Source of the DNA: a virus
Strand: one strand, 5' to 3'
Virus record (IMG/VR): IMGVR_UViG_3300049783_001127
DNA length: 64,000 nt
The notes under the pieces were generated by a model. That model made no database searches. It had not been told where the DNA came from and saw nothing but the letters and a program-made list of their open reading frames with translations. A program made the translations under genes and the position numbers. This document shows, in pieces, positions 1 through 10,363 of the stretch. How positions within the stretch are numbered: position 1 is the first letter of the stretch; each line of letters begins with the position of its first letter.

Positions 1-11
1 CCTATAAGGAG

Positions 12-3000
12 ATGCAGGACAACATGAAGTCCTTTACAGAAAAAGGTAATCTTCAAAAAGCGTATAGTGATAGAATTGAAGCTCTTGATGATTTTGAAGG
101 AAGAGTTAAAGCTTTATATTGGAATGCAGCTGTACTTGATGGTTCTGTTGATAGAATTAATGAGTACTTAAAAGATATGGTTGATCAACCGGATCAAGCT
201 AAAGCACTACACCAGATATCATTCTTTACACAAAGTATGGAGCAATGGAAAACTTATTTGCTTAATTTTCTAGAGTCTATGGAGAAAGTAGACATTGCTG
301 AAAATTCACCCATAGTTGCGGATATCAATGCTATTAAAGAGAAAATTGAAAGAACAGAAACTAGCATTAATAAAATATACAGGAAAGCTACAACAGATGT
401 ACTTATTGATTATGTGCAAGGGATCAATGCAGACATAATGAAAGCATCTGCAGATAGAATTAAGCGTTGGACTGATAGTGAAGGTAAACCTAATAGCAGA
501 CTATCAGCAGAATATATTGCTAAAGAGATTAAAGAAAGGGATGAAGCATACATCAGTAAAGATGATATGTTAGACTATATAATGGGTAAAAAAGGTGATA
601 TAGGTTTTATGAGTGCTTGGTTTGAAAACTATGCTTCAAGTCAAGATCCATCTATTGCTTCATTTGCTATGTATATAAAAAAGCATTTATCTGATGTAAG
701 TAATAAGGTTCACACTAAGCATAATGAATTTTTAACTAAGTTAGAACCTCTTATTGAAAGATTGGGTGTTAATCCTTCTCAGATTGATAAGTTTTCAGAT
801 AACTTTATTTTTGTAGATAAGACAGTAAGAAAAAATCCTGAGACGAATGAACTTGAAGAGTATGAAGTATACACATACTTGAATGAATTTAAGAACTATA
901 AATATGATAAAGCTATACTTACCGATAGGGTTGCAAAAGCTGAAGCATTAATGTTTGAAGATCCTTCAAATGAAGAAGTAAAAAAAGAATATATTGAAGC
1001 AGTAGGTGCCAAAATGGAGCATGAAAAGTATTTCTTTCATAAGGAATATATAGATGACTATTACTATGCTGATGATGTACTAGACACTACTGAAATTGGC
1101 CGTAAAGCCAAATCACTAAGAGCTGAAAAACTTGAACCTATTAGTGATTATGCTAAGCTACATAATGACAACTCAGAATTATATGAAAATTATGAAGCAC
1201 TAGATATATTCTGGAGAGAATATAGACAACTGTATTCTTTATATGATGAGTATGGAAAAGCTAAAATTGGTGAAGAACTTCAAATAGCCGAAGTACTCAG
1301 AGATCAAAGAGAAGCTAAGAAGCATTTTTATGAATACAATGAGATATCAGGTAAGTTTCAAATCACATACCAACACTTTAGAACTAAAGAAGGTATTAAA
1401 CTGGAACGTGAAGGTATGACCAAAGGTACGGATAAGTACAATGAAGAACTTGACCGTAGAACCAAGCTATGGACTGATAGAAATACACGCACTAAGATCA
1501 AAGATTCTTTCTATGAAGAAAAAGCTAAAATAGTAGATAGAATTAAATCTATTATGGAAGGTGCTAATAATGAAAAGGGTAACTATGATGTTGAGTATGA
1601 AACCATTATGGAAACTCTTAAAGGTAAAAAAGATGACAACGGCCAACCTGTTGCTACTGAAATGACTCCTGAATTACTTAAGAGTATTAAAGATCTTGAG
1701 CAAAAAATTCAAGATGGTAAAGATCAATTGATTGAAGCTAGTGGTTTGACTCCTAATGATTGGGCTATCCTTAAAGGTTTTTATAAAAGAATACAAGATA
1801 AAGATAAGCTTAACCAAAATGAGAGAGCCTTATTTAAAGAACTTACTGATAAGAAAAACAAAATGGGGCTTAGTAAAACAGCTAAAGCTCAGTTACTTAT
1901 ACAGTTTGAAAAACTAAATAACTTACAGTCTAAGATTGCTACTGATTATTACATTACCATAGTTAATGATTTTTATGGGGTTATTCAACAAGACAGTAAC
2001 ACAGAAAATCCTATAGACATTACAAATGAAAATGTTAACAAGTTTAATGATTATGAATTTGTACAAAGCTTGTTTAAAGAAAGTCCTGAATTTAAGATTT
2101 GGTTTGAAGACAATCATATTGAGAAAGAGGTATTTAATTGGCAAAAGAAAGATCTTGAAAAGGTATATGTTAGAACTGCAGCATGGTCTGTAACTAAACC
2201 TAAAAAAGATAAATACTATGAAACTACTGAAATTCTAGATGCTGATGGTAACACTATTAGTATAGACGGTATTCCTAGTATGAAATACTTTGACCGTACT
2301 GTAAAAAATCAATACAAAACAGGATATAACGCGTCAACAGGAACTATAAATCTTAAAGTGGGTGAACATATCAGCAGAGAAGGTTTATCCTTTCCAGATT
2401 TACCTTATGGGCTTAAGAAGATGGAAGAGCTCAAAGATAAGTATCCTAACAAGTATGCTGAACAAAACTTTGCATGGGATCATTATATTAATAGAGACTT
2501 TGAAAAGATTAAAAATGAGAATGGTGCTCAATATGAAGCTTTAGAACTCATTAAAGATTTCCATTTAGAAGCTCAAAAAAATCTTGAAAGAAATGGTATA
2601 CTAGGATTAGAGTTACCAAGATTTAGAAAAGATAGATATGAATACTTAAAATCAGGTACACTTAAAGAAGATGGTGCCGGTAAAATCCATGAATTCAAAC
2701 AGGGATTCTTACAATTTTGGGGTAAAAAGAGAGATGATTTAGAAGAAGGTCTTAACTATGACGCTCAGACAGCTATGGGTGAGATTGATTTGTATGCAGG
2801 TACAGAAGGTAAAGTTCCAGTAAGAGGTAAATATAATCTTGATTTAGGTCAAGTATCTAGAGATATCATTACGCGTGAGATGCAATACTATCTTTCTACT
2901 GAGCAAAACAGAAAACTTAGAGAAATACAACCAATTGCTAGAGCTTTACAGAAATTGGCTGTAGATAACAACCCTGCAGATGTTGAATCACTAGGAAAAC

Positions 3001-4517
3001 TTACTGCCACTCAAAGAAACATTGGACGTTTCAAATCTAAAGATAGTAATAACAGAGGAAAGGTTATAACTTCCATGGTTGAAACATTTTTTGAAGGAAA
3101 AAGATTATTTGAAGGAGGTAACAATAATGCTACTACTATTAAAGTAATGAACAATGCTTTGGGTATGGCATCACATGCTTTCTTTGCTTTTGATGTTACT
3201 TCAGCTATGAAGAACTTTATTGGTGCACAATTTCAAATTGCTTTAGAAGGCGCAGGAAGCAAGCATTTTAGATATAGTGATTGGCATGCAGGTAGACCAT
3301 GGGCTTCTAAAGCTATGTGGACAATATCAATGGATGTATATAGTACTAAAGCTAAAAGTTTGGATGTGCAAATTGTTGATGTGTTTGATGCTATTCAAGG
3401 TAGATTTGAAGAAAAGTTTGGTGAATCACCAGGTAGATCCATAGGTAGAGATATTGCCAGCTTAACTTGGATGACTTCTCATAGAAAATGGTTAGAAACT
3501 GAAGCATCACTTCAATTGTTTTCTGCAATAATGCAAGCAACTAAAGTAGATCAAGTACAAGAAGATGGTACTATAAAAAAAATAAAGTATATAAATGCTT
3601 GGGAGCTCAATGAAGAGACTAAAAGTATTCAGCTTAAGCCTGGTATAGATAAAGAATGGGATCTTAATGGTAGTAAGTTTGATGAAGTTAAATTTAAAAA
3701 TCATGAAGTATCAAACTTCTTACAAGGGGCTTATGCAAATTTTGATCAACCCATGATTAACAGAGCTTTAGCTTGGAGAATGGTGTCTTCAATGAGAAAG
3801 TTCTTTACTAAGATGTTACTTAACAGATATGGTTTTAGAGGTAGTTGGAGAGATCCAAAAGAAAGATACAATCTTCCTACTAACTCTATGCATATGGGAT
3901 TTTATGTACGTAACATGAAAACTATGATGAAGATCATAAGAAGTAAAGGTCAGTACATGATGATGATGACTAAAGATGAACAGAATGCTTTTAAGAAAGG
4001 TATCCTTGAGCTACTTAAATTATGGTTATTGCAAGCATCTTATATGTGGATATGGGGCTTCAATCCAGATGATGAAGACAGATGGAATAAACTTAAAGGT
4101 AAATCAGGTGCATTACCAACATTTTTTACAGATGAAGAATGGTCAGAAAATTGGAACTTAAGTGGATGGTTATCTAATCATACACTGCTTCTGGCCATGC
4201 ACGTAGAAGCAGAGAACGAACACTTTATTCCATTTCCTGGTTATGGTATGTCTGATATGATTAACATTACAAGTCAAACTTCAATTGCATCAGGTCCATC
4301 TATTGGGGCACTTAGCAAAATACTTACTAACGTAATATTTGCAATAGGTGGTGATGACTCAGTATACTACAAACAAGATACAGGAGCATTAAACGTTCAA
4401 CAAGAAGAAGAGTGGAAAGGGTGGAGAGAGATCTATAAAATGTTTGGTATGAAAGGTAAAATGATTGATCCTACTACTTCTATTAAAAACTTTCAAGGAA
4501 TGAGAAACAAAAACTAG
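12..4517 (+). CDS. Very large hypothetical protein, 5'-truncated at the window edge (1501 aa visible)
   Basis: Single uninterrupted ORF. The reading frame is open upstream of the listed ATG back to the window start. K/E-rich. No catalytic motif recognised. Ends at a hairpin terminator. Confidence 0.75.
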   Translation: MQDNMKSFTEKGNLQKAYSDRIEALDDFEGRVKALYWNAAVLDGSVDRINEYLKDMVDQPDQAKALHQISFFTQSMEQWKTYLLNFLESMEKVDIAENSPIVADINAIKEKIERTETSINKIYRKATTDVLIDYVQGINADIMKASADRIKRWTDSEGKPNSRLSAEYIAKEIKERDEAYISKDDMLDYIMGKKGDIGFMSAWFENYASSQDPSIASFAMYIKKHLSDVSNKVHTKHNEFLTKLEPLIERLGVNPSQIDKFSDNFIFVDKTVRKNPETNELEEYEVYTYLNEFKNYKYDKAILTDRVAKAEALMFEDPSNEEVKKEYIEAVGAKMEHEKYFFHKEYIDDYYYADDVLDTTEIGRKAKSLRAEKLEPISDYAKLHNDNSELYENYEALDIFWREYRQLYSLYDEYGKAKIGEELQIAEVLRDQREAKKHFYEYNEISGKFQITYQHFRTKEGIKLEREGMTKGTDKYNEELDRRTKLWTDRNTRTKIKDSFYEEKAKIVDRIKSIMEGANNEKGNYDVEYETIMETLKGKKDDNGQPVATEMTPELLKSIKDLEQKIQDGKDQLIEASGLTPNDWAILKGFYKRIQDKDKLNQNERALFKELTDKKNKMGLSKTAKAQLLIQFEKLNNLQSKIATDYYITIVNDFYGVIQQDSNTENPIDITNENVNKFNDYEFVQSLFKESPEFKIWFEDNHIEKEVFNWQKKDLEKVYVRTAAWSVTKPKKDKYYETTEILDADGNTISIDGIPSMKYFDRTVKNQYKTGYNASTGTINLKVGEHISREGLSFPDLPYGLKKMEELKDKYPNKYAEQNFAWDHYINRDFEKIKNENGAQYEALELIKDFHLEAQKNLERNGILGLELPRFRKDRYEYLKSGTLKEDGAGKIHEFKQGFLQFWGKKRDDLEEGLNYDAQTAMGEIDLYAGTEGKVPVRGKYNLDLGQVSRDIITREMQYYLSTEQNRKLREIQPIARALQKLAVDNNPADVESLGKLTATQRNIGRFKSKDSNNRGKVITSMVETFFEGKRLFEGGNNNATTIKVMNNALGMASHAFFAFDVTSAMKNFIGAQFQIALEGAGSKHFRYSDWHAGRPWASKAMWTISMDVYSTKAKSLDVQIVDVFDAIQGRFEEKFGESPGRSIGRDIASLTWMTSHRKWLETEASLQLFSAIMQATKVDQVQEDGTIKKIKYINAWELNEETKSIQLKPGIDKEWDLNGSKFDEVKFKNHEVSNFLQGAYANFDQPMINRALAWRMVSSMRKFFTKMLLNRYGFRGSWRDPKERYNLPTNSMHMGFYVRNMKTMMKIIRSKGQYMMMMTKDEQNAFKKGILELLKLWLLQASYMWIWGFNPDDEDRWNKLKGKSGALPTFFTDEEWSENWNLSGWLSNHTLLLAMHVEAENEHFIPFPGYGMSDMINITSQTSIASGPSIGALSKILTNVIFAIGGDDSVYYKQDTGALNVQQEEEWKGWREIYKMFGMKGKMIDPTTSIKNFQGMRNKN

Positions 4518-4540
4518 AACTCTGAGTGCTACCTTAGGGC

Positions 4541-4582
4541 AAAAAAAAAGGGGAACTCCAAATTAATGAAGTTCCCCTTTTG
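4541..4582. terminator. Bidirectional rho-independent terminator between convergent genes
   Basis: A-run, then GGGGAACT(c)CA...TG(a)AGTTCCCC hairpin, then TTTTG. Lies between the + ORF ending at 4517 and the - ORF ending at 4761. Confidence 0.7.
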
Positions 4583-4760
4583 TCTTATTACTTAAAATTC
4601 TGAGTTGATTTTTGAGATGTACGAACTTTGTTTTTTATCAAACTTCAAGTCAGTCATGGCAATCTTAAAGACCCCGGACAACTTCTTCTTATCAAAAGTT
4701 ACTAATGCCCATGTTACGTCCATACTTATGTATGTGATGAACAGGTCTTTCTTATTGTGC

Positions 4761-5045
4761 TTAACTATCAGTTTCATATTCTTTAGTTTTATTTTCAAAT
4801 GTGTTACAGTCCTTCTGTATTACAAACGCTGTGAATTCTTTACCCCAATCCTTTTCAGGTTGGTTATGAATGGCTTTAACAAGAGAACTATTAGCAAACC
4901 CCAAAGGGATTGCAGATTTTCCTGAGTACCATGCATACAGATCATCTGTGTATTGTCCTTTACATTTGCCACATTCACAAGATCTCTCTTCTGCTTGTAT
5001 TAAACGGACCACATCTTGGCAGGCTTTACATAGAATCAGTTTCAT
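4761..5045 (-). CDS. Small Cys-rich hypothetical protein
   Basis: 94-aa ORF with CKAC...CECGKC motifs (zinc-binding-like). Overlaps the start of the macrodomain gene by 20 nt. Confidence 0.5.
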   Translation of the reverse strand: MKLILCKACQDVVRLIQAEERSCECGKCKGQYTDDLYAWYSGKSAIPLGFANSSLVKAIHNQPEKDWGKEFTAFVIQKDCNTFENKTKEYETDS

Positions 5046-5511
5046 CTCTTAATACAGTTGATGGATCAAAGATTACTACAGTCACATCCATATCAACTAA
5101 TTCTGTATGGATTAACTTAGAGACAATAGACCAGCTTCCGCCACCTAGACCACAACCAATTTGTGGGAGGCCTATTGTTTTACCTCTATAACGCTTATTG
5201 AGTTTTCTAAAGCAAAGTGTTAGTGCTTCATAATCAAGAGGCTGAGGGCCTCCTGTATCATATTGAGTATAACAGTTAGCTACAAGTGTACCTTGTATAT
5301 TTCTAACATCAATCATACCCAATTTATTAACAGCTCCCTTATAGCGAGCTTCTTCAAGTGGAAATTTGTCTGCACCGAAGTGCCTAGCAAATAAAGGAGC
5401 TATGCCAGCTCCCATCACACAATGACAATTGCAGCCATGGGCAATCATATCAAACTCATTCTTTAGAGCAAGTTTGATAAGATCCCCTTTTACTTCCTTA
5501 TAACTACCCAA
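5026..5511 (-). CDS. Macrodomain protein, TARG1/OARD1/DarG-like (ADP-ribose hydrolase family)
   Basis: IAHGCNCHCVMGAGIAPLF and LPQIGCGLGGGSW blocks match the two glycine-rich signature loops of TARG1-type macrodomains (human TARG1: HCISEDCRMGAGIA / PRIGCGLDRLQW). Confidence 0.7.
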   Translation of the reverse strand: MGSYKEVKGDLIKLALKNEFDMIAHGCNCHCVMGAGIAPLFARHFGADKFPLEEARYKGAVNKLGMIDVRNIQGTLVANCYTQYDTGGPQPLDYEALTLCFRKLNKRYRGKTIGLPQIGCGLGGGSWSIVSKLIHTELVDMDVTVVIFDPSTVLRDETDSM

Positions 5512-5749
5512 CAGTAATTAATTTTTCAATGTTGCTGATTACTTTACCGTTGCTACTAGTAAGCGTATCAAGAGTACTCGTTTCAGCTTGGAGAGCCTTG
5601 ATCTTTTCTTCATTTTGCTCTTTGATAACTTCTGCTTCATTGTTAGCTTCTTTTAATTGAACAATTGCTTTATGGAACATCCCTAAAGCATCATTTGTTT
5701 TTTCAGCTGGAGTCTGTATAACCCCAATCATTCCTGTTTTTCCAAACAT
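5504..5749 (-). CDS. Hypothetical coiled-coil protein
   Basis: 81-aa ORF, E/K-rich heptad-like sequence. Confidence 0.45.
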   Translation of the reverse strand: MFGKTGMIGVIQTPAEKTNDALGMFHKAIVQLKEANNEAEVIKEQNEEKIKALQAETSTLDTLTSSNGKVISNIEKLITVG

Positions 5750-5772
5750 ACCCTGTTAGTTTTTAAGTGTGA

Positions 5773-7683
<1,911 letters not shown>

Positions 7684-7687
<4 letters not shown>

Positions 7688-7989
7688 TCTAATAATAGTT
7701 TAGTGTCTCCTGCACAGATATACAACTGTATGAGTTCCTGATCACAATCTAAACAAGTTTGTTTACTTTGCTTCAATGGTGCATCAAGTAAACTGTTATG
7801 TTCAAATCTTACATTTATCCCTGTAACATTTTCTGTCATAAACATAGGCAAGTAAATATTTTTATCACAACAAGTGCAAGCACCTTCTATAACAAACATT
7901 TCTCCCACTTGATCTATAACAGGGCAGAATAAAGGCGCCGGAAATGAGTTACTCATTGGTTTGATTTTTCCTACTGGTCTTCTAATCAT
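7684..7989 (-). CDS. Small zinc-ribbon-like protein (paralog of 7385..7687)
   Basis: CTCCDKNIY...CLDCDQ. 4-nt ATGA overlap with the neighbouring genes. Confidence 0.55.
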
Positions 7990-8201
7990 TACTCTACAAA
8001 TTTAGCATTTACTTTTAACATAAGCATCCTAAGTGCTGTATCTTTACAAGGAATACATGTACCATCAATAGGTCCACCTTTAATTGCAGTCTGACCACAT
8101 ATGGAACATTTATTAAATCTGCCTCCCCACATGAGTTGTTTTTCATGTTCAGTTGCTATTATTGCCATGGCTTTCCTTTGACTATCCTGCATAAAACTCA
8201 T
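7989..8201 (-). CDS. Small zinc-ribbon-like protein
   Basis: CSICGQ...CIPCKD. Ends KFVE* with a stop/start overlap. Confidence 0.55.
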   Translation of the reverse strand: MSFMQDSQRKAMAIIATEHEKQLMWGGRFNKCSICGQTAIKGGPIDGTCIPCKDTALRMLMLKVNAKFVE

Positions 8202-8395
8202 TCTACAAGTTTTGCTTTCTTCTGTGCTTTACAGAATTTTTTAAAGTTTTCATTACAATCATTACAGAATGGTCTTACATCATGACTCCGCACAGGCCAA
8301 TAATTATTATCACATCCTTCACAAGTAGGTAGTTGAGTATTATAAATTTTTAGGTTTGCACTAGCTAACTGTTTCCACAGACCATCCTTACTCAT
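8198..8395 (-). CDS. Small Cys-rich zinc-binding-like protein
   Basis: CEGCDNNYW...CNDCNENFKKFC. Ends KLVE* with an ATGA overlap. Confidence 0.55.
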   Translation of the reverse strand: MSKDGLWKQLASANLKIYNTQLPTCEGCDNNYWPVRSHDVRPFCNDCNENFKKFCKAQKKAKLVE

Positions 8396-8781
8396 GGTTT
8401 ATATGCTTTAGACATAACCTCATACATTAACATATATGATAACTGTAACACTAAGAACATTATGACACAGACCCACCATGCAAATCCAAACTCCATATCT
8501 AATAACATCACAATTCCTAATGTAAAACAACCGTGTGACAGAAAGTCAAACATGTTCCAAGCATCAGTTATAAATTTAAAAATTGATGTGGATCCTATAA
8601 AACTTGCTCCATTAGATTTTTTACCATTTTTATACATATTTCTCCAACTTTTTGAAGGGTTCCACCAATCTTCTTTTCTATTCTTGAAGATAGACTTTTT
8701 AAATCTAAAAGCTAGTGTATCACAAACAGATTTAAAAGCTGCAGCCACCAGCCATAATCCTACTATTAATACTATAATCAT
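8392..8781 (-). CDS. Integral membrane protein
   Basis: 129 aa. Hydrophobic N-terminal helix (IIVLIVGLWLVAAAF) and a C-terminal helical hairpin (FGFAWWVCVIMFLVLQL). Confidence 0.55.
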   Translation of the reverse strand: MIIVLIVGLWLVAAAFKSVCDTLAFRFKKSIFKNRKEDWWNPSKSWRNMYKNGKKSNGASFIGSTSIFKFITDAWNMFDFLSHGCFTLGIVMLLDMEFGFAWWVCVIMFLVLQLSYMLMYEVMSKAYKP

Positions 8782-8807
8782 TTTTTTATTTTAAGTGTTT
8801 ACATAAA

Positions 8808-8832
8808 GCAGGGGAGTATGACACTCCCCTTA
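8808..8832 (-). terminator. Hairpin, putative terminator downstream of 8838..10352
   Basis: GGGGAGT-atgacAC-TCCCC stem-loop. Confidence 0.4.
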
Positions 8833-8837
8833 CTCTA

Positions 8838-10352
8838 CTAAAATTCAAAGTTAGGCGACTCCAGTGTTGCTTTGTTTGAATCATTATCAAATTCTCCGTT
8901 TGGCTGTAATGTACCTTCAATAACTAAAGGTTCATCAACAACGGGTTCTTTACTTACTTCTTTCTCTGCTTCACTCACAGGTTGAACTTCAGACAATGCA
9001 ACTTGATCTTCTAAAGGAATAGCTTCTACTATGGGTGTTCCCAAAAGTTCCTCTGAATTCTGCTCTGCTGGGATGCCATCTGTTCCATTCTGTGATGGTC
9101 TCTTCTCATCTGATTCCTTCTCATCTGCTCCACTTGTGATTGAGCTCTCTTGTCTGTTCTCAAGGGTTGGATTGGCCGAGAGAAGATGTTCTTCCACGGT
9201 GCTAGTAACACTAAGAGGAGCTGGTTCAACAACCACTTCAGGTTCTTGGATGGCTTTGGTATCTTCAACTTCTTCTTGCTGACCTTCTGCTCCATCTTGC
9301 TTAGTTCCACTATATTCATCTTTTGCTGGATTAGTTGACATTGGTAAATCTTCAGGTGGAAGCGGAAACTCAGAAGGCTCATAGTTCTCTAATGAGAATA
9401 TAGGAGTCTCATCTACAGGTTCCGGAACTGAAACCTCTTCTGGCTCAGCTGCTTCTACTAAACTTTCAGCTTGAATGTTAACATTCTCTTTAACAGCATG
9501 TTTATAATCTGTTAAACTTAATATTTCAGGTTTTTCATTTAATTCAACAGTTTCAATAATCTCAGGCTCAGATTTTAATCCGTCATGATCATTAAGAGTT
9601 GAAATTGATGATTCAATCTGACTGATTATATTTGTTTGAGCTGGATCAGATAGAGGAGCTACTTGCACGTATTGATCTATCAAAAGCTTAGACACAGAGG
9701 TTTGTTGTTTAAACCATGCTTTAGGATGAGATGACTTAAATGTTTCAGCTACTGCTAACCACATATTCCAGACAGTGCTTGTTAGCATTATCTTATCAGC
9801 ATTCTTAATTATAATAAGCTGTGAGCTAGTAATAGCATCCTTGAAAAAGAATGTTCCCATCATCTTCTCATAGTCATCTCCACTTATGATAGATCTTTTC
9901 AATTTGTCACGTATAATAATAAAATCCTTATAGTTATTGAGGCCTTCATCAATTCTTTCATCTAAGTACTCAATAGTATGGTTTAACAAATCTGTACTAT
10001 TTCTTCTGAATGCTTTAGATTCAGTTTCAATAAATAGATCTGTACCACTAGCCATGTTGTAACCACCCATTTCACAACGGAAACCTGTTGTCTTATCATA
10101 CGAATTAATCCATGTAAGCATCATCCCATCCGCAATATCTGCAGTAGGATGATTCAGGTGCAATACACCTTGTACAATTTCTTTATTTACACTAATACGG
10201 TATTCTTCTACTCCTATTCCAAATCCTTTAGCAAGAAGTTGTGTAATAATAAGATCAGCTACCGTTTTATGTTCCAATATTCCTGAATTACCTGGCACAG
10301 GAATCATTTGCAACTGATTTCTATCAGCTGTAATATCAATATTCTTTGGCAT
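8838..10352 (-). CDS. Hypothetical protein with a long acidic, P/E/S-rich disordered C-terminal region
   Basis: 504 aa. A globular N-terminal ~300 aa is followed by a low-complexity acidic tail (PEPVDETP..., EE/PE repeats). Confidence 0.6.
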   Translation of the reverse strand: MPKNIDITADRNQLQMIPVPGNSGILEHKTVADLIITQLLAKGFGIGVEEYRISVNKEIVQGVLHLNHPTADIADGMMLTWINSYDKTTGFRCEMGGYNMASGTDLFIETESKAFRRNSTDLLNHTIEYLDERIDEGLNNYKDFIIIRDKLKRSIISGDDYEKMMGTFFFKDAITSSQLIIIKNADKIMLTSTVWNMWLAVAETFKSSHPKAWFKQQTSVSKLLIDQYVQVAPLSDPAQTNIISQIESSISTLNDHDGLKSEPEIIETVELNEKPEILSLTDYKHAVKENVNIQAESLVEAAEPEEVSVPEPVDETPIFSLENYEPSEFPLPPEDLPMSTNPAKDEYSGTKQDGAEGQQEEVEDTKAIQEPEVVVEPAPLSVTSTVEEHLLSANPTLENRQESSITSGADEKESDEKRPSQNGTDGIPAEQNSEELLGTPIVEAIPLEDQVALSEVQPVSEAEKEVSKEPVVDEPLVIEGTLQPNGEFDNDSNKATLESPNFEF

Positions 10353-10363
10353 GTAATATGTTT

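Noticed and set aside
1923-4161. Small ORFs nested in or antisense to the 1501-aa ORF (1923..2144, 2362..2544, 3507..3704, 3976..4161)
   Set aside because: They are contained within a long continuous ORF with consistent codon usage and have no independent support.
9029-9382. Overlapping ORFs (minus 9029..9382, plus 9031..9282 and 9150..9338) within the 8838..10352 gene
   Set aside because: They fall in the low-complexity acidic tail region of the larger ORF, where alternative frames stay open by composition alone.
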